Shown one piece after another: positions 46,392 through 60,000 of a DNA stretch of 64,000 nt. Under the pieces are notes generated by a model. It had not been told where the DNA came from, ran no database searches, and saw only the letters and a program-made list of their open reading frames with translations. Source of the DNA: Chrysomallon squamiferum. Its lineage: Eukaryota; Animalia; Mollusca. The stretch spans positions 3,720,001-3,784,000 of the forward strand of contig CM022668.1 of NCBI GenBank assembly GCA_012295275.1. Reading direction: 5' to 3'. Both the position numbers and the translations under genes were made by a program. Numbering within the stretch: the first letter of the stretch is position 1; the number at the start of each line of letters is the position of its first letter.

Positions 46392-46581
46392 TTTTTTTCT
46401 TTTTTTTTTTCTTTCCAGATTTCAGTCAGTGCTGAGATATATGACATTGAGACCGACTATTCAAAACTTGAGTGTAATAATCCGTTTTCCCAGTTTCAAC
46501 GGGGAAAGTTTGACTGTAAGGATTTCAGTTAGATTTACCTTGTATGTGGTTATTTTAATTACCTCTATATTCATGTATTAA
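44664..46581 (+). pseudogene. Frameshifted multi-exon gene with two tandem beta-rich domains resembling SAARP/acidic skeletal organic matrix proteins
   Basis: Three coding-like blocks start at acceptors ending 44663, 45484 and 46418. Peptide pieces lie in shifting frames: VTVRFLELGEVTNDG, FHVFIFSSEGEWTIDGEKNAVVIGDVDVKISL, AYEMG, YFLFRFPR; then SQIRIVDAAN, NFAKARFRFDDV, IPATVFKGSAKIMGGIFEMSLLI, VSVGDVRVQL, FLELAVQS, FYHLGNNYILVLANHV, VIIRFPSFN. At least six frame breaks. The family assignment is from recalled similarity, not a search. Confidence 0.6.
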
Positions 46582-47868
46582 TTGTTTAATTTATTTTATT
46601 TTATTAAATAGTTTAGTTATTTAACGAAATACTCATGACAAAATGACTTTAAATAAGTAATCTGTATTAATAAATGAGAGTGGAATTGCATAATGTAATG
46701 AATATTATATAAAACATTTAAAAAAAAGAATTTAAAAAACCCAGCAAAAATAATTTTTGTTTTTCCTAAGGTGAAAACGTATTTTGTTATTTAAATCCTG
46801 AATAATAACAGCCTTACATGACACACAACATTCCAGAAATGAGTAAAAGAAAGGGCAGCAGTCCCTTAGTTTAAATTACAGCACTTGAATTTCAAAATAT
46901 TTTAAGAGGAATTGAAAACCACTGACAAATAATATAATTATTTGATAATCAGAAAGTTGTTTTAAAGCTAGACAAATTTACTGAAACATTTATTAGTCTA
47001 GGTCCAGTGCTAACAACTGTCCTTTGCATTAACATCAAATGCTGCGTCATTACAGATTTTAGACTTGGAGACTTTTACGTATGCATATTTGTGTATGTTC
47101 TTTAATACTTTATACACTTTTCTTCTTTCTTTTTTTCTTTTTTTTGTGTAGCTATGTTGAATAGTTTGATATAATTATCAATATTTTTAAGGATGTTCTT
47201 CCTTCTGATGGTCATAGTTTATTGAATTTTTGTATCAGCTCTACTTTTAGGAGACTAAATTATTATGTGTTTTTGTCTTAACATTTTAACTGTTTCAGTT
47301 CTGATCTAAGTTAATCCAAAATAAACATAAACAAGCTAGTATATAAAACTGAGTTGAGTAATAAATTTATATACCTAGTTAATGTACAGACATTGTAATA
47401 AACAGAAATTACCAAAAATACAAAAATAAAATAAAAATGAATATCAACATCAGAATATCTCCAAGATGAGATGTCATTTAACAGATATTTTTTTAAACTC
47501 CCAAGTTAGATTTTTTTGTTTGGCTCATCAACAGTACTTTAAAAATATCTCAGTGGTTTTTTTTTTTTTTTTTTTTTTTGTTGTTTGTATTTATGTTCAA
47601 CAGTGTTACACAAATATGAAACACATGGGAATTCGAGAAGGATTCAATGTATTGTTTGTTAAATATTTTTGTCATACATCTAAAAAAAAAAAAAAAGACC
47701 CATTGAGTGTTATGGTTCTACTGGTATTATTATCCTATGCATATATCATACTAAATTACATAGATACATAACTGCCATGTTTGTCAGTCAGGGGATAAAA
47801 TATGGTTATTTACATATATACATGGCAACAAGCAGTGAAAATCTGTTACTTAAGTATAAACAAAATTA

Positions 47869-47908
<40 letters not shown>

Positions 47909-48266
47909 GTTATTCATTTCCTCTTCTTGAACAAGTTGTATAATTAATTCAGTTATAACATTCAAACTGGTAAAACATGCAGTGTTAATAGTCTGAGGTG
48001 ACTGTTGTTGTGATAAAACAGCTCAGCAGACTAATGTCACCAATTTTGGTGAATAAATATAAATTCCTGCACATCAATAAAATCAGTTTTAAAACCTGTG
48101 ATTTCATGCTTCATATTTTGTATTTCAAAAGCATGTGGACAGTACTGTGTACATGTATGTCATTGTTCTCTCAGTAGCCTTTGTTTCAACCTTTCTTGTT
48201 TACAAAACTCTAAGGTTTGCTGACCAGTTCCAAATGTCTGAGTTTTGACTGACAGCTGAAGGCAGT

Positions 48267-48357
48267 GATGTAGACAGAATGAGTCCCTAGTTACAAACAA
48301 ACAACAAACAATATGTAGACAGAATGAGTCCCTAGTTACAAACAAACAACAAACAAT
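48267..48357. repeat. 45-bp tandem duplication
   Basis: ATGTAGACAGAATGAGTCCCTAGTTACAAACAAACAACAAACAAT x2. Confidence 0.88.
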
Positions 48358-51300
48358 CAGTGAATGTGAACATGAGCATGTTTCAGTTATTTTTATGTAC
48401 AAAGCCACCAACTTCATGTTGTGTAGTTATACAACTCTTATCAACAAATGTGACCCTACGTATCAAAATCATCTCACTTTTAACTTACTTGAAAACAACA
48501 CTTTTTAAAATTAATAAATCTGTTCACTAACAAATCCATAGAGAAAATTAAAAATACTGTTATGAGAAACTGGTATCTGTAAATTGTATTTGTAACGTTA
48601 TTAACTACACTGGTGTTTATATTGTTTTTTCACTGACTTATACAGTAAGAACATTTTCAAAATAAAATCCCCAGTATCCTGACTTGATAACCACAACCAA
48701 CTCAAAATAAAAACATGATAAAAATGAAGAAAACCCCCCAGAAACAAAAAAAACAACATCTGTGTTTGTTTTATCTGCTGATTAAAAAAAATAATATACC
48801 AAAAAACAATGTTGTGACAAGCAGTCAGATTTCAACAGGTAGGGTCACCAACGGTAAAAATATTGTTCTAAACAACAGGTCTAAATGCTTAATGAAACAC
48901 TATTTCAGTCATTGATTATACAAAAATAATTTGGAGTGAACTATGTCTACTTCAACGCTATAACTACATGGCTTGTTGTATATAAAACATTAACAATAAG
49001 ATGTATCTAAACACTCTGCAGATTCAAATAAAAAATAATCATTTAACTTAAGTTTTATTAACATTATTTAACATAATAGCAGATTTTTTTTTTTTTTTAC
49101 CTTTGTGGTGGACGACAAAATATGAAAGACAGCAAAATTAAGGAATAACTTTATTTTTTAATAACTGTCAACTATTTATGTACATACAAGATGATTTTAG
49201 CGACTGTAAAAATAATAAAAATAGTATAAAATAAAATATCATCAGACAAAAAAAAAGAAATAAGAAAATTAATAAAGTTTAAATAGACAGAAAGAAAGCA
49301 AGCAGTTATATAAGTATATAAATAATAAGTAAGTAAAAAATTAAAATAAAATTTAAATCAATAAAGTGGTCCACATAAAATTATATAAAAGAACATTTTA
49401 TTTTCATGAGCTTTTGCTGGGAAATAAAACCCAAGAGAGGAATAATAATTTTAATAAATAAAAATATAAATAAAGGCATTTACAAGGCCCAAATCTTAAC
49501 AGAACAAATTAAAAGTTTAAAAACAGTAATCTCAACACACAGCTATTAACATTAAAATTCATGTAACAAGAAGAACATGGCATTATGTACACAATCCTTT
49601 CTGAGAAAAACAAGAGAGATTATTATTGTTGTAGCATTCTCACTAATTACAAGCTGATTTTTGTTACAGATCCACTTGTAGAAAGTAAAAATATAAAATG
49701 GAAGAAGCAAAAATAAAGCAAGAAAACATTTTATAATTATAAACTCATTTAGATGCATGTGTGTGTGTGAGACAGAGAGAAAGATCCCTGTTCTATATGT
49801 TCAGACTGTGTATTATTTATATGTATGTAAGCTGAAATCACACGATTATTTTATTTGCTGGCTGTTAATGTTTCTAATAAATATTTCATCTCACATCATT
49901 TTAAATTATAAAAAACTAAAAAATTATTTTATATACATATGAGAGACTATAAATGAGTGAAGAGTAAATAGTAAACAGAATAATTCAGATAGTAAATAGA
50001 ATAATTCAATAGTGAACTAAATAAATCAAATAGTAAACAGAATAACTAAAATTATAACAGAATATTTCAAATGCAAACAGTTCTTTGTGATAATTCATGC
50101 AGTCCATGTTCTGTGAAAACCAGTGAAACAGGAAAATATTTTTTTATCTGAATGATGCAGAGAAATGAAGTTCCTAAGTTTAAATATTTTGTGCTTTTCA
50201 AATGAGTGGTAGCTACTGTAGCAATCAAATGCTGTGGCAAAGTATGACTAAAACAAGTAAACAGTGCTTGGCAGTAAAACTGCTTTCATGTACATGCAGT
50301 ATAAACTAGATTATTACAGTAAATTACTTTAGTGTGACATTCCATGTAACAGATGAACAATATTGTATTGTCTTGTTAGTAGTCTCATGTTCTTTTAAAT
50401 AAAGCTTTTAAACCAAATGTTATTGATTGTAAGAACTGAAGAAGAAAAAAAGAGAAAATGAAAAATAAGAATTAAAACTGATAATAAAGGTAACAGTAAC
50501 TATATCATTGTTATAAAAACAGACTGATGTTAATCATGTGAAAACTCAAATAAATCACTGATGAACTATTTCCACAGACATCTCACAACACTCAAACACT
50601 GAGAATGAAACACTGTTTCTCATTTTGTCCTAAACAGAAAATCTGCAAGCAAGTGTGTGTGAGAGGGAAAGGTGAAGGTTTCACTACATTTACACAACAT
50701 GCATGGCTTGGATTAACTTTCATAACAAACAGCTGACTACTGCAGGACAAAATGAAGCAGAGGGAGCTGATTATACGGCTTTACCAGCACATTACAACTA
50801 TAAAAAGAGGATTATTTTTAAAATCTGGAATCATGACACAAGCTGTGAAACTAGAATTATTGCTTATATTATTTGTTTTATTAATTTTTAATGTTTTTAA
50901 TTTCAAGTCTTTTATTTTTTCCCTTTACTTTGAAGGGACATAATAAATACGTTTGAAAAAATTAAAAAAGATCTGGTTAATTATTGAAAAGAGGAAATAT
51001 TAAATTGATAAATAAAAGTATCAATGTGGGAATATTGAAATATTACACTTTGTTTTGAAACTTGTAAATATAGATCAGTACATATGAAACAGTTCTAATA
51101 GTGATATGTTATCAGGAACATGTATAAACGGTGTACAAAAACAAATTTTAAACTCTCAAGAAATTTTTTTCTAAATTTCTTTATAAAAGTAAAAGTGAAG
51201 AGAGAAATAGAGATATAAAGAGGGAGTGATCTACGTGACACATCAGGGATGTGTAGTTTTTCTGAACATATTTAAAGTGACACATTTGATACTAGAAATA

Positions 51301-52428
51301 GTCTAAATATGTCTATGAACTTCATGTGTTTGTTTCAAATAACAACTGTAACAGTAAAATAACAATCTTCATATAGTTATTTTTTTGGGTGATAAACAGA
51401 AATATAAAAATAATAAATGGATAAAATCATTAGAAAGTATCCTCAGTCCATTAGCCATTTTGTTCTTCAGACTATCTGCAACAGCACAGGTAAAATTAAA
51501 AAAATAATACAAAACATACAAAAGTGGAAGGCTTTGGAGTCACTTTTAAAAAGAACACTAGAGAAGAAATCATCATTTAGCAGATTATAAAACATTATTC
51601 AAGTCAATAATAATCATCCTCCAAATAACAGTATGTCCACAGTGAGGCTGGAAGCAGCATCAGTTCAAAGTGCCAGTGAGTGCCTCACAGAGAGTATTAT
51701 GGGCTAAGAAGATTTGAAGTAAAACTTGAATCACACATGAATGGACTAGACCAGCAACAACCAGCCTGTCTAGTATCACATACAAACAGTTTATGTAATA
51801 GAGTTGATTATAAACATACATTAATATTTATACTGATCAGTCCATTACCACTTGGGTAAAAACCAATCATAACATCCACATTAAAAATTTCAACTTGCTA
51901 ATTTTTCAGTTCAGGCAAAGAACTCAGCAGTGTCTGTGCAGTAAACAGCTTTGTTAACATTCAAGTTAAAAAGTTGACTCAAGGGATGATCTGCTAGCTA
52001 CTGATTTAGAAACACACAAAACTGGAATAAAGGAAGTTAAAAAATGTCCAGTTCTCCACTGAGAAGAGTTCACCTTTGACAAAACATTTGCTTATAACAA
52101 ACATCCTGTTGCTATGGAAAAATATCCATTCTAGTGAACAAGTTGCTAGGGGAAAATATGCACTGATAATGAACAAGTATCCTGGTGTTATGAATAACAT
52201 CCAGTTACAATCAACAAGTATCCTATTGCTAATAACAATCATACAAACAACATTTTAAAAACATCCAGTCATCATTAAAAATAAAAAGAATAAATTAAAC
52301 AAAATTCCATTCAATCTCCTTATTGCATATTTGATCCAATCAGCAGGCAGATTACATTCAACAGCAGCCAAAGAAAACGTCTGATACAATGACTTGGTGA
52401 AAGAAAATGGAGATAATGTGACTTCCTG

Positions 52429-52712
52429 TCAAACCATTATCTCATCATCTTCCTCATCCTCTTGTCTGATTCCTGGAATAGAAACATAACTTGATTCAAG
52501 ACTCATAGAGTCACTGAATAAGCCAACTGCATCTGGCTGCTGGATAGTTATCACTGGAACACTTAGGTGGTCAAACTCATCACGTACAATGTATTTTAGA
52601 GACTGTTTTCTAGAACGTTCTCGTTCAACCACTGTGCAGTATTTCTTAGGAGCATGTCTCCATGGCAAAGCTGTTCTTCGTTTATTCAAGTGTTGAAGTG
52701 ATGGAGGAATTG
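52429..52712 (-). CDS. MYO9: MYO9 terminal coding exon ending ...DDEIMV*
   Basis: TTACAG acceptor, phase 1 compatible with the upstream exon; open frame to TGA at 52429-52431. Confidence 0.8.
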
Positions 52713-52866
52713 CTGTAAAAAAAATTAAAATATTTGTGTTTATTTCAATGAAATAACCCTTTTATATATAATATAAAAGAGGTCTTCATCAAAGTCATTT
52801 ATTCAAAAATTTCACTTTGAGGATTTCATTCATTATGTATCCTCAGATTTAATATAAAGCTTAAAA

Positions 52867-52913
<47 letters not shown>

Positions 52914-53541
52914 ACATCACCATTAACTAAAACATAATATTTACATTTTATATTAAATATGAAAAATTTAAACATTATTATATTAATATTTCAAATACAA
53001 ATTATATATTTGTGTAGTTAAGACCAAATTTAAAAATTACATTATTAATATTTAATATTTTCAAACCAAGACAACTTTAATCATAAGATCAATCATTATT
53101 AAAAATAAGCAGTTTATAAATTGTTCATTACATATGAGTAAACATGCAGATAAAGCCATGTGATAAGTAAGACTAAGTAACAAATATGTGGTAAATGCAA
53201 CTAATAAACTTAATAAACCAGTTAATAATGGCCACTGAAGCTGTATTGGTTAGAAATTTGTTATATAAACAGAAATACAAGACCATGCATTATAGACTGA
53301 GACCAAAACTTAATTTCTAGCTTTATTAGTTTGTTGATTAGTGTCACTGCTCTAAGACTGCAAAGTAAGTAAAATACTTATAATAAATATGCACTGTTGT
53401 ACACGCTCATCCATAATTTAGTAATACTTAACTAATTAGTATTCACTGTCAATAGTTTACATTTAAAATTAGAATTAGTATCACTCTTATTACTACCATT
53501 TATTATTATTAATATTATTATTGTTATTGTTATTGTTAGTG

Positions 53542-53597
<56 letters not shown>

Positions 53598-53995
53598 TTT
53601 ATGACTGGAGGGGCCAATTCAAATACATCATATTCCAGTTCATAATAAATCTAAAAAAAAGTATTTTCTCATTTTAATATGTCATGTAAGAAACAATTTT
53701 CTAATAGTTATAATGTAAATATATGGAGTCTAAATCGTCACATCTTTACATTTTTCACTGCTTCATCACTTGTGAACTGGTCCCATTTCAAATTTTCTAA
53801 TTTCAGTATGTATTAATAACACAGACAACAATTATACAAAAATCATCTTTGTTAATCTGAACTTTAATAACAAAGATAACAATTCTACATGCATAAAAGT
53901 TGGATGGTTAAAACAAATGTTTTCCCCCATTATGCAAGTGTATATAAATTATTGGTAATTTTATTCCTATTATTAATATTATTCAGAAATCAATA

Positions 53996-54057
<62 letters not shown>

Positions 54058-57000
54058 CAACAACAACAACAATAAATAAAATAAATAAATAAATAAATTT
54101 CTCTTTCTTCAAAATAAATTTCCAACAATCTGTATCATTACAAAACATTTCAAAACTATAATATTAATTCTTGTTGTAGGCTAATGGGTGAAGTAATGTA
54201 TTTTACTTTAAATCCGAAACAGAGTAAATTACACATTCACATGCTTATACCATGTTTGATATTATTAGTGCACTCTCCATATATTATCATACAAGATGAA
54301 AATAACATGGTACAGAGCTGCTTCTGTAACTGATATGAAAATAAGTCAAGCATTACCATTAAAGTGGTATGAAATGAGCATGGTATAGAGGTTTCTGCTT
54401 AAAATACAATGAAAATATTCTGTTTGACTATCTTTTAAATTCATTTTACAAGACACTGAAAAAGGTAGACAGTATATCAAAGAAATGACCTCTAGCAGTA
54501 AACTGTGACTGCACATGCTCAGTGTGCTACTCACTCTGTCAGTGACCTTAACCTTCGTAATGTCAGTGTTCTGTCTACTTCTAGTAACAGATCATAGTCT
54601 TGTAAAAACAAAATCAATACTTAAAATAACAACAAATCACTAATTAAAAGAAAACAACAAATAAAATAAAAACCTCAAATATATATGAAACAAAGTATTT
54701 AATTATAAAAATGATAAAAAACAGAACAAAAAGTATGAGAAAGAACAATAAAATAAAGACAAATCTAAAAAAGAGAATTAAAATATAAGCAAAAAAACAA
54801 TAATAATAATAAAAAAAGTAAAAAATAAAATGGAAGCATAAAAACTTAAGAGAAGATAACTTTGTAAGTTATCTACCTTTGTTCCTTTAATTTTCTGAAA
54901 TACACAGGTAACTATTGTTAAACTTTCCTGGCATAGAAAACCACAATAATGATAAATATATATTTAAAAAAAGTGAAACAAAACAAAACAAATCAATGAT
55001 CAAAACAAAGCCACTATCTACATCAACAAATATTAAAGAAAATGTCCACCAATAAACACATTTATTAATAGTGTTTAGTAAAATTTAATGTTGTATAAAA
55101 TATAGAAAAAGAGTTTGACACAAAGAGAAATCACAAAGAAAAAAACAACAAATTATAAAAAACATATTTTAAAATAAATAAATAAACTAAAAAAATAATT
55201 AAATAGATTTTTCTCATGTTCAAAACTTAAGTTTCCCATTTAGTTTTTGTTAGAAAGTTTCTAATATTAATGTTGCTATGGTTTAAGGTTTGAAGCAGGT
55301 ATAGAAATGGAATAATATTAAATTTATAAAAAATCTAATCTGGTTTAGGTAAAATAATGGCTGTATTTAAAAACTAGGGATATTACCTGGAAGCAAAGGA
55401 ATCTTCTAGAAAAAAGTTAAAATGCAATCATAGTTTGTTTTCTGTCTAATTAGCCAATCAGAAATTGTGATGTGTATGTTTAGTTACATGGACAGAATTA
55501 ACCAGTAGAGCTGATGATGGAATTTATATTGAAATTAAAGACAATAGTCTTTATTGTGTTGAATGTTTTCTTGAAATGTAAAACTCAATGTGTGTAGATT
55601 TAAAAAATAGTTAGTTTAATCACCAAATATTAATATTGATTTAAATTAACCAGTGGTCATGGTAACAGCATAAATACATTTTGTTCACTTGTCACATTTC
55701 GTTTTTTGTTTGTACATAATTACAACAAATAAAAGATATATAATCTAAAGGTTTTGGAAACCAACCTTTGCTTATAGAAAATTACTACAGCTAGAAACAC
55801 AACAAACTGCCAAGAAGCTCAGAAAAAAAAAAAAAAAATAGTGGAGTCTATTTCTGGCTTTCTGTATTATGTGATTTTAGCAGTAATGATTTCTTTAATG
55901 ACACAGATAATTCAGCAAGACAATGAGAATCATTGTTAATCTTGCCATTATATCACTTTTGTCTGCAAAATGTCCAAAAAATGTGACAATGAACAAAACA
56001 AATGTAACAATTGCTTGAACAAAATGTATTATTAGTTCACCTGGCCATATGTCAGCACACTCAACCAAAAATAAAACATCAAGATGCACAAAAACAACAG
56101 CATTCATCATCAACATTGTTATTATTATTATTGTTATTATTATTACTATTGTTATTATTATCATCATCAACATTGTCATCATTATTTATTTATTTTTTAT
56201 TTTTGGCTGTTTTTAAAAATTACACAGATTGCTAAGTAAGTTTTATAAGCTTTTATATTATATTAATTTGCTTCAGTTAACTGTATTAAGATCAAATTAC
56301 TACTATTTTACAATTGTTATTAATTAGAGGTGAAAATAATTTAATTACAAAGCATCAAAGCAACTGGAATGATCCTCCAAATTATTGAGCTGATAATTAA
56401 TAAAATGTTAGTTAAAATGAAAACAGATTTAATAAATTAATTTTAAGTTTATTTCGAATCAGTTTCAGATTAATTTTTAAAATTTCCAGGATAATTACTG
56501 TTTAAACTTAACATCCCAATACTTTTTTTCTTTTCTTTTTTTTATTAAATCACAATCACATTTTTTTTTTAAAGGTAGCTGCAAAAACTTTTCCTGCAGT
56601 AAATAATGCTTAAACAGAAATAACAGTCAATGCATACACAACTTTCAGTGTTTGAATTTTTCAGTCTGTTTACTGAGTTACTGTAGCAAAAGAAAATTCC
56701 TCTTTCCTTTTTAGACCAAAGATTACCAGTGTTGTAAAATTATATTTCATTCTTTGTTATTGTGGCACATTTTTTTTTTTTTTTTTTTCCCACCTTTAAT
56801 TTTCAGTAGAAAGTAATTTTTTATTTATTTTTCAATATTATTAACAACATATTTATTCTACTTTAATTTGTAAGTTTTACCTACATTGTTACAATTGTAT
56901 ATATGTATGTATGTATGTATGTGTCATTGTGTATATTGTCAATCCATTCAGATTTTTTAATTTGTTGGTTGTTACTATCTTCCAAAATATTAGTTTCATA

Positions 57001-60000
57001 CAATTGTCTTTAATGGTGACTACATTTAAAAATGTCAAATAGTGTCTGACTTCATACTTTAAGCTGCACAGCCAGGATTCACACAAGAGGTCACTCTTTT
57101 GTCCTAAAGTTCACTTTACTTTTTAAAAATATATCACTTGGAAGTTGAAAGTATTGATACTTTTTTTCTCCATTTTTGTACTATGATCAAGTGAATATAT
57201 CTTGCAAATGGCAAGTTGACTTCTATTATTTTCATCAAATTATATTTTTTAAATTAATCATGTGACCAGCTGTATGAATGGCTGTATGAATGGCTGCATT
57301 TTAGTCTTGTGATTAGAGGTTGACAATAAGCACAGTTCTTTTAAACTTGTATACAAATTAAATTAACTGAGATGGACATGATAAATGACTACATAATTGC
57401 ATATACAGTAAAGAGTACAATTAACAACCAAACATAAATAGAGTTCCTAGATTTGAGAAAGCAAGTATTCTTAAACAATTGTAAGAATAAAACTTTGTTA
57501 AATAATTTTATCACTTTTTATCACAATATTTTATTAGAATCAGGACATCAATGTAGACATGTAGATGTCTAATCTTGTGTTTGTAACAATGGCTTGGCTT
57601 TAGAAAGTTCAATATGTTGCCATTTGGGGTTTTGGTCTGCAATTACGATGAATTCAATAAGACTGTTCCAAAAATTGTTATACATATTTATGCAGATTTC
57701 TACTTTTGACAAAGGCCGAGTTTCACAGAGTTCACTATGTTTGTGTGTGTGTTTATATATACACATACACACGTATACACACAAACACACACGTGTATGT
57801 GTGTATATATTTATGTATATATACATACATGTGTATGTGTGTATTAATTTATTTATTTACTTATTTATTATTTTCTATCTAAATTTAAGTTAAAAATAAA
57901 CATCTTTTACCTGGTAAATCAAAAGTTGATGCATACTCTTCATTTTGATCATAATCTTCTGCAGGGTCAAACGAACTTTCACATTCGTCCCCTGTCAGCA
58001 GCTCTTCGTCAGAACTGGCGTGTCGGGGTTCTAGGACAGGCAGCTCGGAGGTCAGTTTATCTCTGAAATCAGTTTAAATTTAAATTAAAACAGCCACCTT
58101 TCATTTTGTTTTACATTATTTCAAAATTAATAACAATAAAACTTTATAGAATTCTAAAACCTAAATTTCTTTATGTGATAAAATTCACCTTTATTTGTGA
58201 TAAACCTCAGTTTTCTTTATGTACTGAAGTGATGTGTTGATAAAACTCACCTTTATGTATGGAAGCATTGTGCTGTTAAAACTCACCTTTCTTTATGTAT
58301 TGATAAAACTCATCTTTCTTTATGTATTGAAGCAATGTGCTGTTAAAACTCACCTTTCTTTATGTATTGAAGCAATGTGCTGTTAAAACTCACCTTTCTT
58401 TATGTATTGAAGCAATGTGCTGTTAAAACTCACCTTTCTTTATGTATTGATGCAATGTATTGATAAAACTCATCTTTCTTTATGTATTGAAGCAATGTTC
58501 TGTTAAAACTCACCTTTCTTTATGTATTGAAGCAATATGCTGTTAAAACTCACCTTTCTTTATGTATTGAAGCAATGTTCTGTTAAAACTCACCTTTCTT
58601 TATGTATTGAAGCAATGTGCTGTTAAAACTCACCTTTCTTTATGTATTGAAGCAATGTGCTGTTAAAACTCACCTTTCTTTATGTATTGATGCAATGTAT
58701 TGATAAAACTCACCTTTCTTTATGTATTGAAGCAATGTATTGATAAAACTCACCTTTCTTTATGTATTGATGCAATGTGGGCTGATAAAACTCTCTCCTC
58801 TTCCATCAAGTCTGTGTCCTCTTCATTTTCAACTTCTTTCACGGGAACTGGAGTTGATGGCACATTGACTGACCCTGGTTGTATCTGAAATTTGTAAACA
58901 CTAATTACAATTTCAGTTCACCTACAGTATCAGAACTTACAATTTCAGTTCATACACAGTATCAATACTTACAATTTCAGTTCATACACAGTATCAATAC
59001 TTACAATTTCAAGTCATGTACAGTATCTGTACTTACAATTTCAGTTCATATACAGTATCAATACTTAGTTTCAGTTCATACACAGTATCAATACTTACAA
59101 TTTCAGTTCATATACAGTATCAATACTTAGTTTCAGTTCATACACAGTATCAATACTTACAATTTCAGTTCATACACAGTATAAATATTTACAATTTCAA
59201 TTCATGTACAGTATCAATACCTAAAATTTCAGTTCATACACAGTATCAATATTTACAATTTCAGTTCATATACAGTATCAATACCTAAAATTTCAGTTCA
59301 TACACAGTATCAATACTTACAATTTCAGTTCATACACAGTATCAATACTTACAATTTCAAGTCATGTACAGTATCAATATTTACAATTTCAGTTCATATA
59401 CAGTATCAATAAATAACTAAAGTAAGATGTGGGCTTTCTTTTTTTATTAAAAATAAATTATTATTATTGTCATATTTACCTGAAAAAAGAGAAAATGTTT
59501 ATAGCTGTCAAATATATTTTGTTTTTTTCTTTTTTTTACAGGACACAAACACGCTAAATCTAATGATCATCCAGCAGTTAATATTACGTACACACTGAAA
59601 CAAAAAAGACAGTCACCCAAATTAATACAAACTGTACATAGATAAACAAAAGACTTCATTTCTGCCTCAGGTTCTTATAAAACAGAAATTTTCTGTAGGC
59701 ACACTGACAGCTTTACCTTTGAGCCTCGTATACTAGCTCTGACAAAGGACAGACGGGCCGATGCTGTTTTCTCTGCAGACTCCAGTGTGTTGATATCTGC
59801 CAGTGTTGATTTGATCTTTTCTAACTGCTCATTTAGTATACATTCTATACACCTGTAATAAATAAATAAATAAACTAATATATATAATTGTCAGTCAGTG
59901 TAGCATGTTAGATACTCAAATAGAAAATAGAAATAAACATTTAGTAATTTGATCATTTTGTGATTTAAAGAAGAAACCTTTTTAACACACTGGTATTGCA

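Noticed and set aside
46846-47030. Possible MITE ends (AAAGGG..CCCTTAGTTT; also AAACTAGGG near 55372)
   Set aside because: Too degenerate to define matching TIRs or a TSD.
54535-54580. Possible extra MYO9 micro-exon (EVDRTLTLRRLRSLT) with AG and GTGAGT edges
   Set aside because: At 46 nt it is phase-incompatible with the terminal exon and has no homology support; it could only be an alternative end, which cannot be tested here.
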